From positions 18,042,001-18,106,000 of the forward strand of contig NC_086123.1 in NCBI RefSeq assembly GCF_963921235.1: a stretch of DNA of 64,000 nt, written 5' to 3'. Shown in pieces: positions 12,294 through 24,299 of the stretch (position 1 is the first letter of the stretch; every line of letters begins with the position of its first letter). Source of the DNA: Mobula hypostoma (taxonomy: Eukaryota). Position numbers and translations under genes: made by a program. The notes below the pieces were generated by a model. The model was not told the DNA's origin. It ran no database searches and was given only the letters and a program-made list of their open reading frames with translations.

Positions 12294-13977
12294 CTGTTTA
12301 TCCTCTGTTGGGCAAAGGTTCTTGACAGTTATGGCATCATCCTGTACCTTTTTAAATTCCCTTTTAGGTGGCTTCATTGCAGGGGAAGTGACATGCAAAT
12401 GGTGGATGGATCTCCAAACAGTGGTAGTTGTCTCAGCCAATTATGCCTGCACAATGCCGGCCCTTCTGTATTTTCCACATACAAATTCAATGTGGCTTGT
12501 TGGCCATTGCATCTAATTTCATGAATGCCATTCCCACAGGAGTTATCTTTTCTCCAGCATAAATTCTTAATTGGATATCAGCAGGCTTCAGCTTAGTATC
12601 TTTGAAAAGCCTCTCAAACTCAATTTATGGAATGACCAAAACAACCGAACCAGTGTCCAATTCCATTTTAATTAAATTGCAGTTAACTTCTGGTGTATGT
12701 CATATTGTTTGTCTATTGTTAATTTTCACACTGTAAATCTTAAGGCTACACAATCTTATATCAGTCACATCTTACCAGATTTTTCATCTGTGGCATGTAG
12801 TTTAATGCTCTCTTTGAAACTGCAACTTTACTTTTTATCTCCCCTGAGCAGTCCATTTACTTTTGTCTTCCTGACATAGTCTTTGTCTGTATCCTACTTT
12901 GTTGTATTTTCTGCAAGTTTGCCTTTAAATCTACATTTGTTTGGTGTATGTGAGCCCCTACCACAATGGTAACATAATTCGATTGGTTAAGCTGGCTTCG
13001 GTTTAGATGCTGCAAGTTTATGCATGCTCATTTTCAATTCTGAATGCAACTCAATTGCATTGCTGTTTGTGGTTTCCATTGAAACAGCAATTTCCACTGC
13101 TCTTTCAAATGTAAGTTATGCTTCAGGTAGGAGCCATTTATGAATGCTTTCTTGTAAGAATCCACAAACTAAATGATCTTTTAGTGTATCATTAACCCAC
13201 ATTACTGAACTGAAAATGCTTAATCTTTTTAATTCAGCCACATATGCTGAAAAGGACTCCCCTTCCTTTTGATTCCACTTATAAATTCTGCAATCAACAA
13301 TGGATTTGATTCTAAATATTCCTGCATTACTTCTACAATATCAGCAAAGCTCATTTCTGCTGGTTTGGTTAGAGCAGTCAAACATCAAAGCAAACTGTAT
13401 GCCTTTAATCCCAATGCACTGAGCAAAATTGGCACTCGCTTTTCACTGGCTATTTCATTTCCTTCAAAATACTGTACAATAGCTCAGTATATATGAGCTA
13501 ATTACCCATTGAGAAATCAAACTTGTCAATTTTGTGGACACAGCCAGCCATTTCTTCTCTTTTATTTTAAAAAATGATGATTATCACCGGGTACTCATTC
13601 TTTATGAATCCATGAATTCTGCCATTTACAGCCTTATTTAAAAATTGACTGTGCTTCTCTTCCAATTAACACATGCTTTCTGTAACTTGACCATTCTTCG
13701 ATCCAATTTATTTTATTTCAAACGTCTCGCTGCACTGTAACAGGCTGGTAGCCGTGTTGGATTTGTTTTAACTTTGAAACATTAAGCTAATTCAAAGAAA
13801 GGCACGGAAGTCCGAAAATATGGGGGTGTAACTTCTTTACTTCAAGTGAGGTGCGCACGCAGTTAACGTATTTTTACAGATAACTCATAATTAATTATTT
13901 AAATGAACAAGAATGCTTAATCGATTAATATGTGTACAAGATCACTCCAGTATTATTGAAATGTTGAATACACAACA

Positions 13978-15010
13978 CCTGCCTTGACTACTGGCGGCTC
14001 ATTCCACATACACACCACCCTCAGTTACAACTGAGGTCCATTTTAAATATATCCCCTCTCACCCTGACTCTATGCCCCCCACTTTTAGTCGCCCTAATTC
14101 TGAAGAAAAGACTGTTAATTTTAAGCATTTCTAAAAGATCACCTCTCATTCTCCTATATTTCAAGAAGTAAGGTCCTGGCCTGTCCAGCCTCTTCCTGTA
14201 ACTCAGGCCTTCTAGCATCCTCAAATCTTTTCTGTGTTTCTTCCCCATTTTAATCACATCCTTCCAAAGCTGTACAGAGTACTCCAAGTGCGGCCTCACC
14301 AACAGTTAATACAACCGCGACGTAGCCCTGACTGATGAGTGCCAGTGTACTAAATGCTCTTCTCACCAGCCACTCTGCTTGTGACGCTTCTTTCAATGGA
14401 TTAATTAATTGTCCTCTTAATGGTACTTCTGTTCCATTGCTTCCCCCATGCCCTACCAGCAATAGTGTAAGTCCTGTGTTAGTGCATCACGTCATACTTA
14501 TCAGTATTGAATTCCTTTTGCCACTGTCTGGACCACTTCCCTAACTAATCAAGATCTCCTTGTAATCTATGATTATCTTCTTCCCTGTCACCAACACCTC
14601 CTAACTGTGTATCATCACAAAATTACTGATAAAGCCTTCTGCGTTCACATTCAAGTTATTTACATAAATGACAAATAACAAGTGTCCCAACACCAAGCCC
14701 TGAGGCACACCACTAGTCACCAGCCTCCATTCCGAAAAGCAACCTTCAAGCACCACTCTCTGCTTCTTACCTCTGAGCGCAGTTCTATTCCATCCAACTA
14801 GCTATGCCTTCATTCCGTGGGACCAAGCCTTCCAGACCAGCCTACCACCTGAGACCTTGTTGAAGGCCAAATAGGCAACATTCACTGCCACACCCTCACC
14901 TACCTTTTTTTGGTTATTTCATCAACAGTCTCTAAAAGAGACATCAATCACAGCCTTCCACACACAAAGCTATGCTGAATCCATCTCGTCAGACTGTCTA
15001 TCCAATTGCC
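13978..15010 (-). mobile_element. Decayed CR1 ORF2/3' fragment, continuing 9344-9523 on the other side of the Gypsy
   Basis: MVRPHLEYSVQ...LEGLSYRKRLDR...MRGDLLE. Confidence 0.8.
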
Positions 15011-15376
15011 TGTCTTGTCCTTGCTACACTTCTTAAGGCATCACACAAGTAACTTTGAGCTGCATTTGTGCCAAGTCATATAAAGAGACCGATAAAATGT
15101 TTATTGGTTAAAACATTATCCAATCATCCTTAAAAACAGATAACATCTGCGCTAAAATTTGGGAATACCTGGCCCCAGCCACTCAGAATAGAGAAGGAGA
15201 TCTGGAAACACAGACACAAGAAAATAGGAGCAGGCCTAGCCATGAGGCCCTTCAAAGCTGCCACGCCATTTAATACGACCATGGTTAATCGAAGCTGGCA
15301 TCATCTCTTCTTCTGTGCTAGTTCTCTCTATTCCTTGATCTATCAAAATTTTATCCACCTCCTTTTTAAATACTTC

Positions 15377-16238
15377 TGTTACGTACCCCGTAACTGGGTT
15401 GCCAAACCAGCAGAAATGGATCACTCAGTTGGAGTCTGGATTACTAGAACTAAGAAAGTTTTATTAAAGGAACAAGCAACACCGTACTCTAATCAAAAGG
15501 ATAATGAATGCAACAGTTCAGCAATGATAAACATACATGTACACAGAATTAAGATAACAGGATCAATCAAGCTCTATCGTTGTCTAGGGGTAAATGACCA
15601 GTTTCAAAGTGACGCAAAGTTCAGTTCAATTTAGTTCAGTTCAGTTCGCAGTAATCGCTGCCGTGGCGATGGACAGTGGGGGGAAGGAGAGAGAGAGCAA
15701 AACGAATGAATATTCAAGGCTTCCACACACAAACCTTCACAGTCAGCTGTCGGGCGAGTCCTTTGTGATGTCATCTGAGGTCACCGACCATGACCCCTCT
15801 GTTTCCAGACATGATCGTTTCCCTGTGGTGAACCAAGCACCCAGGCAAGGGTGGACACACACCAGGTTCCCGCCGACCATGCCTTTCCACCCTGTGTGTT
15901 TATGGCCCAGTAATTCCCACCGACTTGTGAGAGATGCACCGCTTCCAGGGTCTTGTTACCTCGGGTGTCGTGTGTGTCCTGCCTTAGCAAACCTGTCCCT
16001 TTTTATCCCCCTGCTGGGGTATCGCCTGTCCATCACTTCAAACAGTTCAGGGTTCAAAGGGGGAGCCGCTCTTGACAGCTCCCTCCTTCTGTTACTCTCT
16101 CTCCCGTCCCTTCATTACACATCTCCAAATGCTGCTCCATTGTTTTCCTTATCTCTCTCTCTCCTGAAGACAGGTGGCAGACCAACTGCTGATCACACAG
16201 GACAGCTAACATCTTAATCTATGTGTATTCTTGTCACA
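15377..16238 (-). mobile_element. Solo LTR inserted in a CR1 3' fragment
   Basis: TGTTAC...GTCACA ends, 4-bp TSD CTTC (15373-15376 / 16239-16242); same family as 51689-52509, opposite orientation. Confidence 0.88.
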
Positions 16239-17569
16239 CTTCTAATGATCCAACTTCCATCACCCAATGGGACTGAGAAGCCTAGAGAATTACCATCCTC
16301 TGCAAGAAGAAATTTCTACACACCTCTGTTTTAAATGACCAGCTCCGTTTCTTGGCAGAACCCTTAGGATCATATATATTTGAAAAAGGGTCATCCCTCA
16401 TTCTTCTAAACTTCCATGAATACAGATTCAAGTTATTTAGTGTCTATCGGGAGCACAACCTTCTCATCCCACGAATTAGCCCAGTGAACCTCCTTTGTAC
16501 TGCCTCCAATGTTTATGTATCTTTCTCTAGGTAAAGAGACCAAAACTGCATGGAGTAGTCCAGCTGAAGTCTCAATAACATTTGGCAAAATTGCAGCAAA
16601 ATCTCCTTATTGTTAAACTGAAATTCCTTTGCAATGAAGACCTGATGACTAGTTCTTTGTGATTCATGCACTAAACTCCTGGAACTATCTGCAAGGTACC
16701 AAGGACTTTGGATCTCAAAGACAGGAACATGCAGAGTCCAAGTGTAAAAAGCAGAAGGAATTCTAAATAGCCCATACACCTATCCATCAGCTCCTGTCTA
16801 GCAAAACCTCTCCTATCTGTGGTACTATCTGGATATTCTACACACCTCTCCTAGATTGCAAAGAACTGGAGAGAGATCAATGTCCTGCTGGAGGGTCTTG
16901 GCTTGAAACATCAACTGATGCTGCCTGGCCTGCTGAGTTCCTCTGAGTGTGTGTTGCTTTGGATTTCCGGCATCTGCTGATCTTCTCATGTTAGAGATCA
17001 AGTTATCCTCATCCTGAGGAGTAAAAAAGGAGAAAATGAAAATGAGAATGAAGACTAGAGAGAAATATCCAACTGAAATCTGTGACGTATCAATCTTCAG
17101 AAGTACTTACTTAAGTGTTTTTGCCCCTTTGATTATAGTGGAAGAAAAAGCCAGTGTAAATATGACAACAGTTTTAACAGCATTAACAACCAGCTCCTTT
17201 TCCTACAATATTCCAAAACCACAACACAAAAATTAAGTCATTACCTTTTTCTCATATTCGCTACACCCTACACATAATAGATGAAGGATATAACTTACCC
17301 GCAAAAGTGCATGTTGCACACGTTCATTGTAATGGACTTGTTATATTGGAGGTGAAATAAATTGTGTTAATTTTACAATTTGGTAGATAATTTGATAGAT
17401 GGATGCAGGACAAATAACCCATCCAGGACTACCAATACTGTGGCAATGAATTTCATAGATTCACCATTTTCTGGTTAAAATATTCCTTCACATCTTCATG
17501 CGAGATGAACATCTGTCTATTCTGAGTCTGTGCCCTCTGGTGCCACCCTCCTCCACTATAGGGAATATC

Positions 17570-17895
17570 CTGGATGATGCTACTGCAGTGTTCAAGGATG
17601 TCATTGGAAAACTCAAATGTACCAAGGGTAAAATAGTGTTAAGTGAAAATGCCACATCTGAATTTTGCAAAGCCCGTCCAGTTCTTTATCTATTCATGAT
17701 AAAGTAGCTAGTGAGCTAGATCACGTGGAGGCTGAAGGAGTTCTTTCCAAGGTTCAGTAGAGTCCATGGGCAATGCCAGTGGCTCTAGTAGCCTAGAAGT
17801 CAAGATCTGTGGTCATTTTAAGGTGACCATTAACCCAGTACTGAAAGAAGAGCAATGTCCTTTGCCCACAGTGAAGGATATCTTTGCAAACCCTC
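17570..17895 (+). mobile_element. Isolated Gypsy (Mag-like) pol fragment (RT N-terminus) inside a CR1 fragment
   Basis: FCKARPV, EAEGVLSKV, WAMPV, KICGHFKVTINPVLK, CPLPTVKDIFAN motifs; CR1 sequence on both sides. Confidence 0.75.
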
Positions 17896-18099
17896 TCCAA
17901 TGTCAACACATCCTTTCTTAGACACGGGGCCCAAAACTGCTCACACTACTCCGTGAGGCCTCACAAGTTCCTAATAAAGCCTCAGCATTAGATTCTGTTT
18001 TTATATACTAGTCCTCTCAAAATGAGTGCTAACATTGCATTTGCCTTCCCCGCTAGTGGCTCAACTTGCAAGTTGACCTTTAGCCAATCTTTCACAATT

Positions 18100-18690
18100 T
18101 ACAGCAAGTCTCACCAAAGCAGGGGAGGCCACATCGGGAGCACCGGACACAATAGACAACCCCGACAAATTTGCAGGTGAAGCGTTGCCTCACTGGGATG
18201 AACTATTTAGGGCACTGAATCGAGATAAGGGAGGAGGTGAGTTGGCAGGTGTTGCATTCAACACATTATTCTCCACAACATGAGCCATCTTCAACGGGAT
18301 GCTACCACCAAACACATCTTTACCTCCCTCTCCCCACACAACTCTCCGCTCTCCATAGGGATCACTCTCTCCGTGATTCCCTTGTCCTTTCGTTCCTCCC
18401 CACTAATCTCCACCTGGCACATATCCTTGCAAGCCACAGAAATGCTTAGCCTGCCCATTTACCTCCTCCCTTACACAATTCAGGCCCACATTTTTATTCT
18501 GGTGTCTTCCTTTCCAGTCCTGAAGAAGGGTCTTGGTCCAAAATATCGACTATTTATTTATTTCCTTAGATGCTGCCTGACCCACTGAGTTCCTCCAGCA
18601 TTTTGTATGTGTTGCATTAATTCTGCTTTTCTTTTCATAGATGCTGCCTGACCTGCTGAGTGTTTCCACAACTTTCTTTTATCTCAGTTA
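18100..18690. mobile_element. Decayed Penelope fragments and short pseudo-LTR-derived repeats
   Basis: HLQRDATTKHIF and LHRDHSLRDSLV; degenerate hammerhead AGTCCTGAAGAAGGGTCTTGGTCCAAAATATCGACT at ~18516-18551. Confidence 0.65.
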
Positions 18691-20189
18691 ACTTGATTCC
18701 TCCTTGTCTCTCCTCAGATGTGTCTCCAAATTTCAACGTGTCGTCACAGAACACCAAGAAAAGTGGACCCATGAAGGGGGACCTAGGTGATAAACCCGGG
18801 CTCAAAGTTGCAGCATTTCCTAGACCCTCACCATCCGGGACATGCCCTCTTCTTGAGAAGGTGAGTGAGGGCCTAGAACTCATTATTACCTTCTCGTTCC
18901 ACCATCAGGGTGGAGGTCCAAGAGCCTGAAGGTGCACACTCCATGTTTTAGGAACAGCTTCTTCCCCTCTGAGGAAGGGACACTACTTTGCTATTCCTCT
19001 GTAGCATTATTGATGTATTTATTTTTTATTGTAATGTATAGTAATTTTTAATGTCTTACACTGTAGTACTACCACAAAGCTAACTGCACAACCTGTGTCA
19101 GTGATAATAAACCTTATTCTGTTTCTGATTCTGAAGGTACAATGTGATCTGCAAGAAATAGATCTATCACTATTGAGCCTCCATACTGTACATGCCAGCA
19201 ATGTCATTTTAAAACATAAGAATCATCAGTTTTCCTTCCATTCACAGAATAAATAAGAACCAAGAGGCATTGATTAGGAGCAGCTGCCATGTGGTAAGTC
19301 CATGTATGATAACAGATAACTTTACTCAACTCACTTGCCCCATCACTGAAATATTCCCACAAACTATGTACTCAGTTTCAAGGACTATTCATCTCATGTT
19401 CTCAATATTTATTGCTTATTTATTTGCTATTATTATTTTTCTTTCTCTTCTGTGTATGCACAGTGTGTTGTCTTTTGTACATTGTTTATTTGTCTGTCCT
19501 GTTGAGTTCAGTCTTGGATTTACTGAGGATGCCCACAAGAAAATGAACCTCAGGGTTGTATCATGTGACGTATATGTACTTTAATCAGAAGCTTACGTTG
19601 AACTTTGTCTTCCAAATTTTTCCTATAAAATAACCTTCCCATTCCAATTACCAGTTGAATAAATTTCTCTGAACTACTTCCAACACATTAATATCCCTAA
19701 ATGAGATCAGTACATTGCAGAATTCTCCAAACATGGTCACACCATTTAGCAACTTAAATGACTCATATTCTTCCAACATGAGCGTTGAATTCCCCTAGCA
19801 ATAAAATAATAAAACTCTGTGGTCTTCTCCTGATTCGTTGTTACACTTATACATAAATGCAAAGTTCACCATCACAGTCAAGTGCCCACTCAGTCTTTGG
19901 TTCACTGAAAGAGGATTCTTTGAAGGCAAGTCCTCATGTTATCTCTATGCTCAAGCCTGCCATGATTCCCATGCACTTGTGTGCCTTGGAGTAGACACTT
20001 GAAAGCACTAAAGAAGTAGCATTAACATCGTCTCCACAAAATCCTCCAAGTCCAGCACAGAACAGATGAACCAGTCTGGTCTCCCCAGTGTCCTCACCTG
20101 GGCAACTTCACCAGCCCTGAAGCTCTGATCACATTTAGAATCAAATTTCTGTTGCATGCCAGTTTCCCCAGATGAGCAACATTGCTCTG

Positions 20190-21330
20190 AGCTGGAAGAT
20201 TAGATCACATGGAATTCAGAGGGAGCTGGCGAGGCGGTTCAATTCTTTGACTGGGGGCCTGTGACTAGTGGGTCAATGTTGCAACTCTGTTATTAATTAT
20301 TTATTTACATGATTATGAACAGTTTGCTATTCATAATAAAATAGGGGGTCTTGTTCAAAGTTCCACAAGTTCAAAGTAAATTTACCATCAGAGTACATAA
20401 ATGGCACCATATACAACCCTGAGATTCATTTTCTTGCAGACATACTCAATAAATCCTTAATAGAATAATAACTACAATAGAATCAAAGAGAGACTGCACC
20501 AACTTGGGTGTCCAGACAGTGTGCAAGAGATGCAAACTGTGGAAATGCAGAAGGAAAGAGAGAATAATAATATTGAGAACATGAGATGATGAGGATTATA
20601 TGTAGCTCTCAGAACATTGCCGTGGTTCACCGGTGCCATTTTCGTGATGGACAGTGAATTATTGATGGTGAAGCATGTAACAATGAATGAATTACAAAGA
20701 GTTAAGGAGATGAACTGAGGAATGGCAAATGGAGTTCAACCTAGATAAGTGTGAGGTAATGCAGTTTGGGTATTCAAACAAAGGTAGGACCTATACAGTG
20801 AACAGCAGGACTCTGACGAGTGCTGTGGAATAGAGGGACCTCGGGGTATAGTTCACTGAAAGCACTGTGCAAGTAGACAGGATGGTGAAGAAGGCATTTG
20901 GCGTGCTGGCCTTCATCAATGAGAGCTTTGCTGGAGAGACAGCGCTTGGGATATTGTGTAAATTTTGGTCACCGTGTTGTAGGGAAGACTTTGTCAAGCA
21001 GAAGAGATCTACAAGGATGCTGCCTGGACTAGAGGGACTGAGATATAGGGAGAGGTTGATCACATTGGATCAGTGTTCCTTGGTTTGTAGGAGAAGGAGA
21101 GGGGACCTCAGTTTAGAAAAGCATGAAGGGTGTGGATAAAGTGCATGGTCATTGTCTCTTTCCCAGGGGAGTCCAAAACTATATGGGACAGATACAAGAT
21201 AAGAGGAGACTGATCTGACAGAGAAGTAACTTCTTCACACAGAGGGTAATGAGCTGCCAAATGTAGGTACAAGTGCAACATTAAAGAGACATATGGATAG
21301 ATACATGGAGAGGATGCACTTGCAGGGTTA
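20190..21330 (+). mobile_element. Decayed CR1 fragments with an interspersed repeat
   Basis: MQVDRMVKKAFGVLAFI...MLPGLEGLRYRERL. Confidence 0.7.
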
Positions 21331-21667
21331 TAGAATTAAACAAAGACAGAAAATACTGGAAACACTCAAGCAGGTTGGACAGTACCCGTGAAAAGAGAAA
21401 CAGAGGTAATTTTTCAGTCTATTGCACTGAATGATTCCAGCAAAGAATCCCTGCTCCTTCCTGAACAATAATCTCGTCATCTACAAATAATGACAGCAAA
21501 CCACACAAGGACAGTCAGCTGGGGTAAAATGCCATGGGCTGTCTAACTGTACCCCAAGGTGGACACAGAGGTACTTAAGCATCAAAGCTCAAGGATCAAC
21601 TTTAGTCGTTATATACATTTACATGTATTAGGAATTTGCTGTGGTATGTTGGCGCGACATGCAACAA

Positions 21668-22895
21668 AAATTCTTTGAGGAGATTACAAGTAGGGTAGAT
21701 AAACGGGGAGCAGTGGATGTTGTGTATTTGGACTCTCAGAAGGCCTTTGACAAGGTGCCACATATGAGGCTGCTAACCAAGTTAAGAGCCAATGGTATTA
21801 TAGGAAAGTTACTAATATGGTTAGAGCCTTGGCTAATCGGTAGGCAGCAGCGAGTCGGAATAAAAGAATCCTTTTCTGGTTGGCTGCTAGTGACTAGTGG
21901 TGTTCTGCAGGGGTCAGTGTTGGGACCGCTTCTTTTTATGCTGTGTGTCAATACTCTAGATGATGGAAAGTTGGCTTTGTTGCCAAGTATGCAGATGATA
22001 TGAAGATTGGTGGAGGGGCAGGTAGTGTTGAGGAAACAGGGAGGATGCAGGACTTAGACAGATTAGGAGAATGGGCAAGGGAGTGGCAAATGAAATACAA
22101 TGTTGGAAAATGCATGGTTATGCACTTTGATAGTTGAAATATTTTCTTGACGTGGAGAAAATCCAGGAATCTGAGATGCAGAGGGACTTGCGAATCCTTG
22201 TGCAGAACACCCTGAAGGTTAACTTGCAGGTTGTGTCAGTGGTGAGAAAGGCAAATGCCATGTTAGCATTCAGTTCAAGAGTTCTGGAATACAAGAGCAA
22301 GGATGTGATGCTGAGGCTTTATAAGGCACTGGTGAGGCCTCACCTTGAGTATTGTGAACAGTTTTGGGCCCCTCATCTTAGAAATGATGTGCTGGCATTG
22401 GAGGGGGTCCAAAGGAGGTTCACAAGAATGATTTCAGGAATGAAAGGGTTATCATACGAGGAACGTTTGATGGCTCTGGGTCTGTACTCTCTGGAATTCA
22501 GGAGGATGAGGGGGATCTTATTGAGTGTTCCAAGTCCTGGACAGAGTAGATGTGGAAAGGATGTTTCCCATGGTGGGAGAGTCTAGGACAAGAGGGCACA
22601 CACTCAGGATGCAGGGGCACTCTTTCAAAACAGAAGTGCGGAGAAATTTCTTTAGCCAAAGGCTGGTGAATTTGTGGAATTTGTTGCCACATGCAGCTGT
22701 GGAGGCCAGGTCATTGGATGTATTTAAGGGAGAAATTGATAGATTCTTGATTGGACATGGCATCAAAGGTTACAGGGAGAAGGCCAGGAACTGGGGTTGA
22801 GGAGGAGAAAAAAAATGGATCCGCCATGGTTGAATGGTGGAGCAGACTCGATGGGCCAGATGGCCTAATTCTGCTCCTTTTGTCTTACGGTCTTA
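21668..22895 (+). mobile_element. 5'-truncated CR1 LINE (RT region to 3' end), frameshifted
   Basis: VDVVYLDSQKAFDKVPH, TSGVLQGSVLGPLLF, LVRPHLEYCEQFW; CR1 3' UTR. Confidence 0.92.
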
Positions 22896-22919
22896 AAAAG
22901 CAACAACATTCAACAATTA

Positions 22920-23410
22920 TTGAATGGGTCCAGAGAAGTTCATGAGAATAATCCTGGGAATTAAAGAATTAATATATGAGGAGTACTTAATGGCTCTGGG
23001 TTCACACTTGCTAGTTTTGCAAAATGAGGGGAGATCCCATTGAAACCTAATGCATATTGAAAGGCTTAGATAGAGTGGAGGAGAGTAAGTTTCCTATATT
23101 GGGTGTGCCAAGGAGCAGGGAGCACACCTTCAGAATAGAAGGGTGTCAAATTAGAAGAGAAGTGAGAAGGAATTTCTTTAGCTAGAGAGGGGTGAATCTG
23201 TGGAATTCACTGCCACAGATGGCTGTGGAGGCGAAGTCATTGGGTATATTTAAAGCCAAGATTGATAGGTTTTTGATTAGTAAGGGCACCAAAGGTTACT
23301 GGGATAAGGCAGAAGAACGGGGTGGAGAGGTAAAACAGATGAAGCCATGATTGAATGAAGGAACAGATTCTATGGCCTAATTCTGTTCCTATGTCTTATG
23401 TTCTTATAGT
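22920..23410 (+). mobile_element. Second, older CR1 3' fragment in tandem
   Basis: Similar to 22400-22895; ends in a (TCTTATG)n-like tail. Confidence 0.8.
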
Positions 23411-23448
23411 CTCATTACAAAGAATTATATAAAAATGAAGTTACATAT

Positions 23449-23451
<3 letters not shown>

Positions 23452-23491
<40 letters not shown>
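23452..23491. repeat. (TG)n microsatellite
   Basis: About 20 perfect TG units. Confidence 0.98.
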
Positions 23492-23494
<3 letters not shown>

Positions 23495-24299
23495 AATACC
23501 TGCATGTATTTACAATGTGAACAGCACTATAAAAAGTGGCTTAAGGTGTGTACAATGCAGTGCAGAGATTGAGGTAATAGATAGAGGAGCAACAGAGTTG
23601 TGAGTGAGAATGATCAGATTACTTGCCTGGAGAAGGAACTTTTAAGATGGTAACACAGAAAAATTGCTGGTGAACACAGCAGGCCAGGCAGCATCTATAG
23701 GAAGAGGTACAGTCGACGTTTCGGGCTGATACCCGGTGTGAAGTTTTTGTTTTAATATCTCTATAACACTTTTCAGATAGCAACATTAGAAAATGGTGGT
23801 TTGCTGCGTGGGTAGTGTCCGCAATTATTTTTCCTATCTTCTTCTCGGTCCTGCACACGTACAAGTCCTGCAGTAATGGTAAATCACAGCTAATGACCTC
23901 TTCTGATGTCCTGAGAGTTCACTGTACCTTTTCTATATTGTTAGAGGATGCTGCACCAAAGCAGATGGTAATGGGGTGAGGATGGTCTCCATGATGCAGT
24001 ATAGAGCGGGGAATAAATTAGTTATTTACCCATACCATTCCATGTTCTCTTAACGTTATTTATTCAGAGCTTTTAAAAATTGTAGGATCAAAAATACCTT
24101 TTCAAATCTCCCTTGACCCTGCAAAACCAGTAATTCTGTAATTAGTCCAACCTCTCCCGGTCAAAGGTAATGAATTCACTGTCACTCTTTCCAGAAGTGT
24201 GAGCCACCTGTTAATATTTACCCATCCTGCTGCCCGGCTGATATAATTGAGATTTTCTACTGGGAGGCAATGCTGCAAGGCTTGAGCATGGCTATAACC

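Larger units (their letters stand above)
9524..13977 (-). mobile_element. Non-autonomous Gypsy (Mag-like) LTR retrotransposon carrying a captured RBM25 fragment; inserted into a CR1 3' fragment
   Basis: Two related LTRs (9524-11370, split by Tc1; ~13765-13977); polypurine tract AAGCAGGGAAG at 11371-11381; decayed gag (EKRVPILLSALG, KPAEMSFADIV), Cys-His knuckle, protease LIKMELDTGS (~12645-12675); flanks CCTGT/CCTGC are a possible 5-bp TSD; CR1 sequence continues on both sides. Confidence 0.85.

Noticed and set aside
15594-16217. 207-aa ORF
   Set aside because: It lies within a solo LTR, and the frame is not preserved in the second copy at 51689-52509.
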